Virus record (IMG/VR): IMGVR_UViG_3300031616_000017
Coordinates: 1-37,084 of that record
Reading direction: 5' to 3' (one strand)
DNA from: a virus
DNA: 37,084 nucleotides
A program made the translations under genes and the position numbers. The notes beneath the pieces were generated by a model that did not search any database, was not told where the DNA came from, and was given only the letters and a program-made list of their open reading frames with translations. Below, piece after piece: positions 1 to 8,123 of the stretch. The number at the start of each line of letters is the position of its first letter. Positions within the stretch are counted from its first letter, which is position 1.

Positions 1-127
1 GGGAATGCGGCCCTGGTGCAGGAATGGCGTATCGAGGCAGGCACGCGCGGCGGCGAGGATATCGTCAGCGCTCATTGCGTACCTACCTGCGCATATTGCG
101 AGCTGGTCGGCACATACGAAAAGCCAC
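1..127. repeat. Terminal overlap, identical to 36958-37084 (circular contig closure)
   Basis: Direct comparison of both window ends shows a 127-nt exact match. Genes are ATGA-coupled across the junction. Confidence 0.95.
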
Positions 128-902
128 CGAAGTTGATGATGTTTGCCCACTTGTCGCGACAATCTGCCTGGCGCTTGCGGCAACCGGGGATCAGGGAGTA
201 GGTATCGCCGATGGCTGGCGGGTAGTGGAAGGGCTCGAACACTTCGAGGGTGCCGTCGCCCTCATGGCGCTTCACTTCCTGCGGCTTCAGGCCAACGTTG
301 GCGCCGCTGGTGAATTGCAGGGTGCCATAGGCGAAGTAATCCACAACCTCGGCGCGCGCCGAATCGCGCACGATGGCACTGCTTGTGACGGCGGTAATCG
401 TTCCGGTGACGGTGAGCGGCGCGAGATCGACCATGCAACCGCCGTATTCCTGCCCGCCGAAGGGTTTCGGGCAGGCGGCGGTGTAGGTCTTTCCGACCGA
501 CTGATTCAGCGCATCGATCAGCGCCATTTCCTCGATCTTGTAGCGGCCATCGAGAAGTGTTGTCTTGCCGAGGATGCTGGCGACGATCGGCTCTTCATCT
601 TCAACCGGCGTTTTCCAGCTCGTGGCGAAAAGATAGGCGCGTGCGCTGTCGAACAGGCCGCTGCTGATCTGGTCGTAACCGATGCCGGCGAGACCGGCGA
701 TGCCCTCCATATCGATCATCGCCGGCGAGAGATTCGCCGCGGCGCTGTAGCCGGTGAATTCGTAGCCCGAGCACGACAGGTAGGTGTGGCCGCCCATGGT
801 CAGGTCGCGCGGGTGCTGCGTCAGGTAGATGGCCGAGCCGGTGGCCGGGACGATGCGCAGGCACATCACGCGGGTACGGTAGTCGGCGACGACGGATTTC
901 AT
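72..902 (-). CDS. Tail tip protein, DUF2163 / phage BR0599 family (RcGTA g13-like)
   Basis: Real start is MKSVVADYR (ATG 902..900), ATGA-coupled to the upstream gene. The C-terminal CRKRQADCRDKWANIINFGGFSYVP matches the BR0599 C-terminal signature. The 506-aa track ORF is an Arg-rich overextension. Confidence 0.8.
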   Translation of the reverse strand: MKSVVADYRTRVMCLRIVPATGSAIYLTQHPRDLTMGGHTYLSCSGYEFTGYSAAANLSPAMIDMEGIAGLAGIGYDQISSGLFDSARAYLFATSWKTPVEDEEPIVASILGKTTLLDGRYKIEEMALIDALNQSVGKTYTAACPKPFGGQEYGGCMVDLAPLTVTGTITAVTSSAIVRDSARAEVVDYFAYGTLQFTSGANVGLKPQEVKRHEGDGTLEVFEPFHYPPAIGDTYSLIPGCRKRQADCRDKWANIINFGGFSYVPTSSQYAQVGTQ

Positions 903-1768
903 GGCGTGACGAGCTCCACAATGTCGATGCTGCCGGCCTCGCGCACGTCGCCGCCGATTGCAGCGACGTCGATGCGGGAATTGAAGCGGCAGGGGATGTC
1001 GAACAGGCAGCCGGCGGTTACCGACTCGGCGGCCTGCGGCTGTGTCTGCGCGGTGCCGGCGCTGCTGTAGGCGGTGAAGGCCGTCGAGTTGATGGCAACG
1101 GTGATCGTCGTGCCGCTGGTCGCCGTGATTGCTCCGCGCAGGCCGTTGATCTGCGTCATGCCAACGACGCCGCTGATATAGACCGATTCGCCGACGGCGA
1201 AGGTGTGCGACCCGACCGTCAGCACGGCGCTGGCGGCCTGCGTGATGCCGGTGATGCTGCGCGACTTGTTGGCGGCGAAGGTAACTTGCCCGGTGATTGT
1301 CGAGACGCTCCAGTAACTCGACGATATCGAGACGCCGCCAATGCCGACCAGGACAGATCCGGCGACCGGCTTGAACAGCGTGCGCAGCGGCGGGCCGATG
1401 GCCAGCGGCGTGGCGCCGGCGCCGTACTGTTTCTGCAACTGGTAGACGCCGGCCGAGAGGCGCAATGCCGGCTGGTCGATGGCGGTCGGCGTGCCGGTGT
1501 TGGCGTTGGTGCTGAAGTCGTCCAGACACTTGACGCGGAATCCGGCGAACAGGCCGTAAGCGCGGTGGTAGAGGGCGATGATGCGCGCCCACAGGTCAGC
1601 GCTATGCAGGGTGTAATGCACGACGAAATGGCGCACCGGATAGGGGTGCAGCAGGCGGCGGAATTCCGCGCCACCGCGCGTCTGCGTGATTTCGACGGCG
1701 AATTCGTCGGCGTAGCTGGCGCCCATGCGCACGTCGATCGGCAGACGCTCTTCGAGGAAATCAGACAT
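899..1768 (-). CDS. Distal tail protein, DUF2460 / TIGR02217 family (RcGTA g12-like) with an inserted beta-barrel domain
   Basis: N-terminus is MSDFLEERLPIDVRMGASYADEF...TRGGAEFRR and the C-terminus has CLFDIPCRFNSRIDV. It sits after the tape measure gene. TGATG overlap with the TMP stop. Confidence 0.8.
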   Translation of the reverse strand: MSDFLEERLPIDVRMGASYADEFAVEITQTRGGAEFRRLLHPYPVRHFVVHYTLHSADLWARIIALYHRAYGLFAGFRVKCLDDFSTNANTGTPTAIDQPALRLSAGVYQLQKQYGAGATPLAIGPPLRTLFKPVAGSVLVGIGGVSISSSYWSVSTITGQVTFAANKSRSITGITQAASAVLTVGSHTFAVGESVYISGVVGMTQINGLRGAITATSGTTITVAINSTAFTAYSSAGTAQTQPQAAESVTAGCLFDIPCRFNSRIDVAAIGGDVREAGSIDIVELVTP

Positions 1769-3969
1769 CAGCGATACCGCCCGGCGCCAGAGATCGCCGC
1801 CATCGCCTCTCGGGCGCCCTGCCCGGCGGCGCGGCGCACGTCGGGGGCGCTGTTGCCTGTGACGTATACATTGATGGTGTGGCCGCCGCCGCTATTCTGC
1901 GCAGCGACCCCGAGCTTGCCATCGGCACCCCGGCGCAGCGGCAGGATGGCTTCGGCGCCGGCTTCGCCCATCAGGCCGATGCCTTTGGCGAAGGGGAAAA
2001 CAGTCGGCTGCGAGACGATGCTGCCGGAGTAGGCCGAGAGGCCGGGCGAGTTGTAGACGCCGCCATCGGCATTTTTGAACAGGCCGCCGAGCCAGTCCAT
2101 TGCGCCACTGAGCAGGCCGTCGCCCTTGCCGCCTTCGGCCAGGCTGCCAAACAGCTTGCGCGTCAGATCGGCCGCTACCGCTTCGGCAACCATGCGCTTG
2201 ATCGTTTCGCCGAAGCTCTGCAGCATGCCCTTGGTGCCGTTCTGGAAGGGATCGAAGAGGAAGTCGGCGAAGGACTTCTGCATGCCCTTGGCGGCGTTTT
2301 CGGCGAACAGGTCGAACTGGCTTTTCTGCGCTTCGAGGGCGGCGTCGGCTTTCTTGTTGTCGATCACCGAGAGCGCGTCGGTGATGCGGCCGCGCACGGC
2401 CAGCTCGCGCTCGAGCACGGCGATCTGTTCTTCATTCCCGGAGATGCTCTTGGCGATGGCGAGCTCTTCGACCAGACGCGCCTGGGTGATCGCGGAAATC
2501 TGCGCTTCGGTCAGGCCGTAGAGTTCGCCCTGCTTCTCCAGCTTGCGCGCCTCTTCGTCGAGCGCGTCGAGATGCGTGGCGAGCTTTTGCTGCGACTCGT
2601 CCATCGCCTTGTTCTCGCGGTCCATCGCGGCGATTTCTTTTTCGATGGTCAGGAGTTTTTCGAGCTTGCCGGCCAGGCTGGCGCGCTCGGCGGCGGTGGT
2701 CTTGATCGTGCCATCGCGGATCTCGACCATGATCTTTACTGCCTCTTTCTGCGAGGCGGTCAGGGCATCGGTGCTTTGCAGGTCGATTTCCTTGATCGCG
2801 ATCTGTTCTGAAAGGGATTTCAGGATGCGGTCGTAGTCCGAGAGCGTAGCGGCGCTGCTGCCCTTGCCGTCCTTCGGCGCAGTGCCGAAGGTCTGGCTGT
2901 TGAGCGAGGTATCTTTCGGCTTGTCGGCCTCTACAGCCTCGTTGACGATCTTGTCGCGGCGCTTGACAGCGCCTTTCAATTCCCTCTCGGCGGCGGAGAG
3001 TTCCGCTTTCAGCGAGGCGAGGCGGCGCTCGCTAAAACCCTTACCCAAGAACCCGACGTTTCCGGCATCCAGATCGGCCTGGGTTTTTTCGACCGACTTG
3101 CGCAGGTCGGCGACAGCTGTGAATGCCTTGTTTGCCTGGTCGTCGGCAAGTTTCGCCGGGTTGATTTCTCCACCCAGCGCCTTGTTCATGGCGACGCCGA
3201 TGCCGATCAGGACGCCGTAGAGCACGCCGCCCTCTTTCTGGGCCTTGAGCATCCAGTCGGTGACGTCCTTCATCGGGCCGACCGCTGCGGCGGCCAGCTG
3301 GCGCGAGAGTGCGCCCCAAGAGGCGGTCAGGCGGACGACGTTTTTTTCGTATTCGTCGGCGGCTTTCGCCTGCTCGGTGGTGACTTTTCCGATCAGCTTG
3401 TGCTGTTCGGCGAGGTCGTGCATGTAGGGGATCTGCTCGGCGGCGGTCTTGCCGAGAATGGCCATCAGGGCGGCTGTCTTGCCGCCGCCGTCGGCGAACT
3501 TCTCCTGGGCGCGGGCGATTTCGACGAAGGCTTCGGCCGGGTCCATCGTGCGCAGCGCCTGCAGATCGAGGCCGAGCGCAGCGATGGCCTTGCCGGCGCC
3601 TTTCGATTCGTCGTCAGTGCCGTGCAGGGCCTTATTAAGCTTGACGATGACGCCCTGAATTGCGTCGAAATCACGGCCGCCGATCTTCGCGACACCCTTC
3701 AGCGCGCCGAGATTCTCGACGCTGGCACCGGTTTTTTCGGCGGCTTCCTTGAGCCCCGCCATGGCTTCGACGGCGCTGGTTATCTTCCCGGTCAGGGCGG
3801 CCAGCGAGCCGATACCGGCAATGCCGACCGAGGCCATGGCGATATTCTTGAAGGACTCGACGAGGTTGACGCTGCTGCCGCTGAGTTTCGACAGCCCGGC
3901 ATTGACGCTATTGAACGCCTGCTGCGTTTCGTCTTTGGCGGTCAGGACAAATTCTGTTTTTTCGGTCAT
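1768..3969 (-). CDS. Tail tape measure protein
   Basis: 733 aa, Ala/Lys/Glu-rich coiled-coil with a glycine-rich C-terminus. It lies directly after the G/GT chaperone genes. Confidence 0.9.
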   Translation of the reverse strand: MTEKTEFVLTAKDETQQAFNSVNAGLSKLSGSSVNLVESFKNIAMASVGIAGIGSLAALTGKITSAVEAMAGLKEAAEKTGASVENLGALKGVAKIGGRDFDAIQGVIVKLNKALHGTDDESKGAGKAIAALGLDLQALRTMDPAEAFVEIARAQEKFADGGGKTAALMAILGKTAAEQIPYMHDLAEQHKLIGKVTTEQAKAADEYEKNVVRLTASWGALSRQLAAAAVGPMKDVTDWMLKAQKEGGVLYGVLIGIGVAMNKALGGEINPAKLADDQANKAFTAVADLRKSVEKTQADLDAGNVGFLGKGFSERRLASLKAELSAAERELKGAVKRRDKIVNEAVEADKPKDTSLNSQTFGTAPKDGKGSSAATLSDYDRILKSLSEQIAIKEIDLQSTDALTASQKEAVKIMVEIRDGTIKTTAAERASLAGKLEKLLTIEKEIAAMDRENKAMDESQQKLATHLDALDEEARKLEKQGELYGLTEAQISAITQARLVEELAIAKSISGNEEQIAVLERELAVRGRITDALSVIDNKKADAALEAQKSQFDLFAENAAKGMQKSFADFLFDPFQNGTKGMLQSFGETIKRMVAEAVAADLTRKLFGSLAEGGKGDGLLSGAMDWLGGLFKNADGGVYNSPGLSAYSGSIVSQPTVFPFAKGIGLMGEAGAEAILPLRRGADGKLGVAAQNSGGGHTINVYVTGNSAPDVRRAAGQGAREAMAAISGAGRYR

Positions 3970-4516
3970 CGCTGGCAGTCCCGGATTACGGTCAGGTCAA
4001 GAATCACGGCGTCGAGGTCGTCGATGCCCAGGTACTCCGCTACCCAGGGCAGCGCTTGCCAGTCGATGGTGCCGCCCATCAGGTTCCAGCCCATCACCGC
4101 GACCCGGCTTTCAAACGGCGCCGGGCCGGGGGGCAGGCCGGGCCGGCTGCTGGCGGCCAGCCAGTTGGCTAGGGCTTTCCCCGCGCCTCGGTGGCCTCCT
4201 CGTGGCGCTGGTAGGCTTCGATGACGCCGCTGGCGATTGGCTGCCAGAGGTCGGGGCGGTCGGCGACCCAGGCTTTGAAGACGGCGGCGTCGAAGGCTAC
4301 CGGCTCGGGATCTCCGCCGGGAAGCAGATCGGACTCCTGAACGCCCTCCCAGCCGACGACGTAGCGCACGGCGAATTCGATCGACATGGCGACGCCTTCG
4401 GCCCCGGCGCGGGCGATGTCGAGGGACGGCGGGCGGCGGATAGTGAACTTGAAGCCCGCCGCTTCGATGACGCTTTCGCGCCCACGCTGGAATTTTGCGA
4501 GGTCGAGTTGTTTCAT
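3966..4516 (-). CDS. Tail assembly chaperone, -1 frameshift fusion product (gpGT-like)
   Basis: The -1 frame entered at GGGAAAG (4181..4175) is open for 69 further codons. It ends in a TGA that overlaps the TMP ATG (ATGA). No other ORF fills 3969-4169. Confidence 0.7.
4169..4516 (-). CDS. Tail assembly chaperone (gpG-like), 115 aa
   Basis: Start is MKQLDLAKFQ (ATG 4516..4514), TGATG-coupled to the tail tube gene. It lies between the tube and TMP genes. The stop TAG at 4171..4169 is 3 nt after the slippery heptamer. Confidence 0.8.
   Translation of the reverse strand: MKQLDLAKFQRGRESVIEAAGFKFTIRRPPSLDIARAGAEGVAMSIEFAVRYVVGWEGVQESDLLPGGDPEPVAFDAAVFKAWVADRPDLWQPIASGVIEAYQRHEEATEARGKP
4175..4181 (-). 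promoter_or_regulatory. Programmed -1 ribosomal frameshift slippery heptamer G GGA AAG
   Basis: The minus strand reads CGG GGA AAG CCC TAG, which gives X XXY YYZ in the zero frame. This is the same heptamer as lambda G/GT. Confidence 0.7.
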
Positions 4517-5172
4517 CAGGCGCTCTGAATCGTCAGGCCGCCGAGCATGGTGATCTTGGCCGGGCTGGTGGTGACGGCCTGCTTGCCGCCGCCTGGCGCG
4601 CCGGTGTAGCCGACGGTGCCGTACCACATGGCGTAGGCGCCGTCTGGCCACAAGACCTTGAAGGACTTGTTGGCGCGCGTGGCGAAGGCGGTGATCATGG
4701 CCTGCTGGGCGACGCTGGCCGGGTCCCACTGCATGGTCATGTCCGCTGATTGTGCGGAGGCGCCGACGACGATCTGGGTGTCGACGACGTCATTGACCGT
4801 GGTGCTGTCGGTGACCTTGATTTCGCCACCGCCGAACTGGAAGTCCTGCACGCCGGTGATCGAGGTGCCGAGGGTGACCTTTTGCGCCGAGCCGCTGCTG
4901 AAGGTGTTGAACAGCGTGGTATCGAGGCCAGTGACGCCATCGATGCCGGCGATGCTGAAGGTGTTGGCAGCGGTGGCGACGACCTTGAACAGCCGGCCGT
5001 TGAGTTCGACCATGCCCTGAATCAGGAGCAGGACGATATCGCCGTTGGCGAGGCCGTGCGCGGTGCTGGTGATGACGCCAGGCGCGGCCTTGGTGATGCC
5101 GGTGATGGTCAGCGCCGCGCCGATGGCGGACTCCATGAACAGCTTGAGGCCGGCATTGATATGGATGGTCAT
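4516..5172 (-). CDS. Major tail (tube) protein with an inserted beta-barrel domain
   Basis: 218 aa, Thr/Gly/Ala-rich, placed before the chaperone genes. The C-terminal part (DMTMQWDP...FKVLWPDG..YAMWYGTVG) looks like a tube protein. Confidence 0.75.
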   Translation of the reverse strand: MTIHINAGLKLFMESAIGAALTITGITKAAPGVITSTAHGLANGDIVLLLIQGMVELNGRLFKVVATAANTFSIAGIDGVTGLDTTLFNTFSSGSAQKVTLGTSITGVQDFQFGGGEIKVTDSTTVNDVVDTQIVVGASAQSADMTMQWDPASVAQQAMITAFATRANKSFKVLWPDGAYAMWYGTVGYTGAPGGGKQAVTTSPAKITMLGGLTIQSA

Positions 5173-5184
5173 GGTTGCTTGCTC

Positions 5185-5625
5185 CTAGAGGGCCGTGCCG
5201 GGCGCGGCCGGCGAGGTGAAATAAATGGTCTGGAATTGCAGGGTGATGATGCCGACGGGCTTATCCAGGCTGTCGTCGAGGTCGATGTGGATCGAACTCA
5301 GCGTGCAGTCCTTGAGCTTGTTGCCGAGCAGGTTGCCGATCAGGACTGGCTCGACTTGCTCGGCGATGGCGTCGAGGGTGTCGTCGAGGTCGGCGGTGGC
5401 CTTGGCAACGCCCTTGATGGTGAGGGTCAGGGTGCGGCGCTGCGGGCGGTCGTCGGTGACGTTGTCGGATTCGATCTGCTCGTCGTCGGTGCTGATCAGC
5501 AGACACGGAAGATCGGCATCGCGCAGCGGGTAGATGCGCGACTGAAAGACCTTGCTGCCGGTCGTCGCTAGGCCGGTGACGGCTGCCGCTGCTGCTTCTC
5601 GGATCTGGCGGCGGACGTGGCTCAT
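5185..5625 (-). CDS. Tail terminator / tail completion protein (DUF3168-like)
   Basis: 146 aa, immediately upstream of the tube gene. The pattern VFQSRIYPL...LPCLLIS and a C-terminal beta-rich part are present. ATGA coupling. Confidence 0.55.
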   Translation of the reverse strand: MSHVRRQIREAAAAAVTGLATTGSKVFQSRIYPLRDADLPCLLISTDDEQIESDNVTDDRPQRRTLTLTIKGVAKATADLDDTLDAIAEQVEPVLIGNLLGNKLKDCTLSSIHIDLDDSLDKPVGIITLQFQTIYFTSPAAPGTAL

Positions 5626-5894
5626 GCCGCCTCCAGCTGCAGGGTGGCGAGGCCGGTGCCGTCTGTCTGCCAGTCGCGCACGGTGAAGCTGCGTGCGCCG
5701 ATGACGAACGGGAGGCCGCGCGGCTCGATCGGCAGGTCGGTGGCCCGGAGCGTGAAGCGCGGGTCATTGCCGCCGACGATGTCGAAAGCGAGCAGCGGTT
5801 TTTCGTCAAAGATGCCGGGCACGGCGACGCCGTTCAGGGTGGCGAGCACCCCGAAGTCGGCGAAAAACGGCGCGAAAGTCTCGGCAAAGCTCAT
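5622..5894 (-). CDS. Head-tail joining protein (small beta-barrel, FII/head-closure-like)
   Basis: Real start is MSFAETFAPFF (ATG 5894..5892), ATGA-coupled on both sides. Assigned by position in the head-tail module. Confidence 0.5.
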   Translation of the reverse strand: MSFAETFAPFFADFGVLATLNGVAVPGIFDEKPLLAFDIVGGNDPRFTLRATDLPIEPRGLPFVIGARSFTVRDWQTDGTGLATLQLEAA

Positions 5895-6085
5895 TGCGCG
5901 GCCGCGTCCGGTTCGGCCTTCGCGCCGGCCTTGGCGGCCTTCGCGTCGACTTCTTCGGCCCGCCGCATGCGCACGAGTCGGCCGGCATCTTCTGCCGATA
6001 CCTGCTCGGGCACGCGGAACACCTTGCCGGCCGGAAGGTGCTGCCCGGAGGCAGCGCACTTCGCGAGGATGCGGATTGCTTTCAC
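5891..6085 (-). CDS. Small Lys/Ala-rich hypothetical protein (64 aa, GTG start assumed)
   Basis: The in-frame GTG at 6085 lies 2 nt after the capsid stop. An ATG start would overlap the capsid gene by 140 nt. The stop is ATGA-coupled to the next gene. Confidence 0.4.
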   Translation of the reverse strand: MKAIRILAKCAASGQHLPAGKVFRVPEQVSAEDAGRLVRMRRAEEVDAKAAKAGAKAEPDAAAQ

Positions 6086-6087
6086 GC

Positions 6088-7950
6088 TCAGGTCGTCAGT
6101 GCGTCGAGCATGGCGCTGAACGATTCGGCATGCCGGACGGCGATGTCGACGTCCTGCAGGGCGACCACGCGGACGGTGCCGGAGGTGCTGCCGCTGTAGG
6201 GATCGACGGTCAGATCGAGCGTGCCCCACTGGCCGATGATCAGGTCATTCCAGTTGCCCTGGATCAGCGCCGAGCAGACGCCGGATGAGGAGCCCTTGGT
6301 CAGGTTGCTCGGCACCTGGTTGGAGACGCCGGTGCGCAGCCCGCCGACCGAGGTCATGCCGTTGGCGTCGGGGAAGTTTTCGCACAGGTAGCCGGCGACG
6401 CCCGAGGCCTTGAGCGTGGCGAGCAGCTTGCCGATGACCTTGGCGTTGGTCAGGATGCCGGTGGCGCCAAAGTCGGCGTTGGCGGTGGCCACGTCGCTCC
6501 ACAGTTCGACGATGTGCGCCCAGGTCGGCGCGAGGCCGTTGGTGCCGCCGGCGACGGAGCCGATGCCGGACGTGGTGATGATGCCGGTCGGCTGGTTGGA
6601 GGCGCCGGAGCCGTTGATCGCGGCCTGGTCGATGGCCAGCGCGAGGACGGTGGCCAGATCCTTGCGGACGAAGCCCTCGATATCGACGCTCGACTGCAGC
6701 AACAGCTTGCGGCTGATGTCGGTGAAGGCGCCGACGGTTTTCGGCGACATCGTCACCTGGTCAAAGGCTTGTTGCGATTCGGTCGGGGCGCCGGATTCGG
6801 CGACCCAGTAGGCGGTAGCGCCGCCGGTCTGGCGCGGGATGGCGATGTTGCCGGTCAGGCCGCCGAGCAGCTGGGCGCCCATCTTCATGATCATCATGCG
6901 GTTACGCAGGAGGTCGATAAAGTTGCTGGCGAGCAGATCGGTCGAGACGGTATGGCCGCCGGCCGTGGTCGTGCCGACGACGAGGTCGCGGCGCTGGACT
7001 TCGGCCGGGACGAAGAAGCCGGTGGCGGCGCGGCCGAGCTTGCCGCCGAAGGCGTCCGAACACTCGCGCTCGAAGGCTGCCAGCTCCTGCGCCTTGCGGT
7101 CGCCGGGATTGGACAGGGCGTTGATGGCGCGCAGGAAGCTGAACGATTTCGCTTCTTTTTGCGAGAGACCGATGTCGGCGGACTCAAGCGGCTTGTTGGC
7201 CATGCGCGCCATGACTTCGCTCTTGAACTCTTCGACCGACTTGCCGGAGGCGGCAAAGTCGGCGGCGATGTCGGCGCACTTGTATTGCTTGCCGATGGCG
7301 ATAATTTCGGCGACGCGGTTCATGGCGGATTGAGCGCCGGCAGCGCGGTGCTCTTCGACGGTGATTTCGGGCATTTTTTGCTCCTGGGAAATAGGGGGGG
7401 ATGCTTTTGTTTCGAGAATTTCGATTTCAATGCGCTCGCCGGGGGCGGCGCTGCGGCCGATGCCGACGGAGGCGTCAGCAGGTACGGAGACGAGGGATAC
7501 TTCGAAGGGCTCCCAGTCGCTGACGCGATAGGTGTCCTGGTCGCCCGTGGTCTCGACCAGCGTGGCTTTGTGGATCATGTAGCCGACGCTGACGTTGCAG
7601 CGGATGCCGTCTTTCACGTCCTGGTAGATCTCTTCCGCCCGCGCGCTTTTTCCAAAACGCACCACGGCGCGGCCGACCCGGTCGGCGCCGATCTGGACAG
7701 ATTCGATGACGCCGACGTGATCGCGGCTGTCGTGATCCATGAGCAAGGGGCCGCCGGATTTGAGGCGGTCGAGACGCATGGACTTTGCTGAAACGTCGAG
7801 GATTTCGATACCGAACCAGCGCTCGTAGGGCGTTTCGCTGGCGAAGGCCAGTTCGACGGTGCGCGTTTCTTCGTTGATCGCGGCGCGGTCAACGGCGAAG
7901 GCGCGATGCGCGGTGGTGCCGGGTTTGATCTGCTTGATTTGGCTTTGCAT
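6088..7950 (-). CDS. Prohead protease (HK97 S78/U35-type) fused in frame to an HK97-fold major capsid protein
   Basis: The N-terminal ~190 aa (LMDHD...VGYMIHKA...SLVSVPAD) look like a prohead protease. The C-terminal ~430 aa look like HK97 MCP with a delta domain (...GGLTGNIAIPRQTG...FVRKDLA...IDQAAINGSG). Confidence 0.8.
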   Translation of the reverse strand: MQSQIKQIKPGTTAHRAFAVDRAAINEETRTVELAFASETPYERWFGIEILDVSAKSMRLDRLKSGGPLLMDHDSRDHVGVIESVQIGADRVGRAVVRFGKSARAEEIYQDVKDGIRCNVSVGYMIHKATLVETTGDQDTYRVSDWEPFEVSLVSVPADASVGIGRSAAPGERIEIEILETKASPPISQEQKMPEITVEEHRAAGAQSAMNRVAEIIAIGKQYKCADIAADFAASGKSVEEFKSEVMARMANKPLESADIGLSQKEAKSFSFLRAINALSNPGDRKAQELAAFERECSDAFGGKLGRAATGFFVPAEVQRRDLVVGTTTAGGHTVSTDLLASNFIDLLRNRMMIMKMGAQLLGGLTGNIAIPRQTGGATAYWVAESGAPTESQQAFDQVTMSPKTVGAFTDISRKLLLQSSVDIEGFVRKDLATVLALAIDQAAINGSGASNQPTGIITTSGIGSVAGGTNGLAPTWAHIVELWSDVATANADFGATGILTNAKVIGKLLATLKASGVAGYLCENFPDANGMTSVGGLRTGVSNQVPSNLTKGSSSGVCSALIQGNWNDLIIGQWGTLDLTVDPYSGSTSGTVRVVALQDVDIAVRHAESFSAMLDALTT

Positions 7951-7984
7951 GAAGCCTCCTTGATGGAGGCATCAAACCGCGTCC

Positions 7985-8020
7985 GCTGTCTCGCGTTTAA
8001 GCCACGGCGCGAGAAAAGTT
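7985..8020 (-). repeat. Copy 1 of a ~35-bp hairpin element (TCTCGCG-N12-CGCGAGA), upstream of the capsid gene
   Basis: gctgtctcgcgtttaagccacggcgcgagaaaagtt compared with 11958-11992 shows 2 differences. Confidence 0.8.
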
Positions 8021-8050
8021 GCGGCAGACAGGCGCGCTATGTACGGCGAC

Positions 8051-8080
8051 GGAAAAGAAAAAACCGCCCGAGGGCGGTTT
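8051..8080 (-). terminator. Rho-independent terminator after the lyase-like gene
   Basis: The minus strand reads AAACCGCCCTCGGGCGGTTTTTTCTTTTCC, a GC stem followed by a T-run. Confidence 0.75.
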
Positions 8081-8123
8081 GTGATCTTTGTGCAGAGGTG
8101 AGCGAAAAGTGAATTGCGGGGGA

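Noticed and set aside
1-127. The terminal repeat as a biological direct terminal repeat or cos end.
   Set aside because: Its length equals a common assembler k-mer, it falls inside coding sequence (the NlpC/P60 and DUF2163 junction), and the terminase is lambda GpA/Nu1 type, which uses cos. The cos site is more likely near 15.1 kb.
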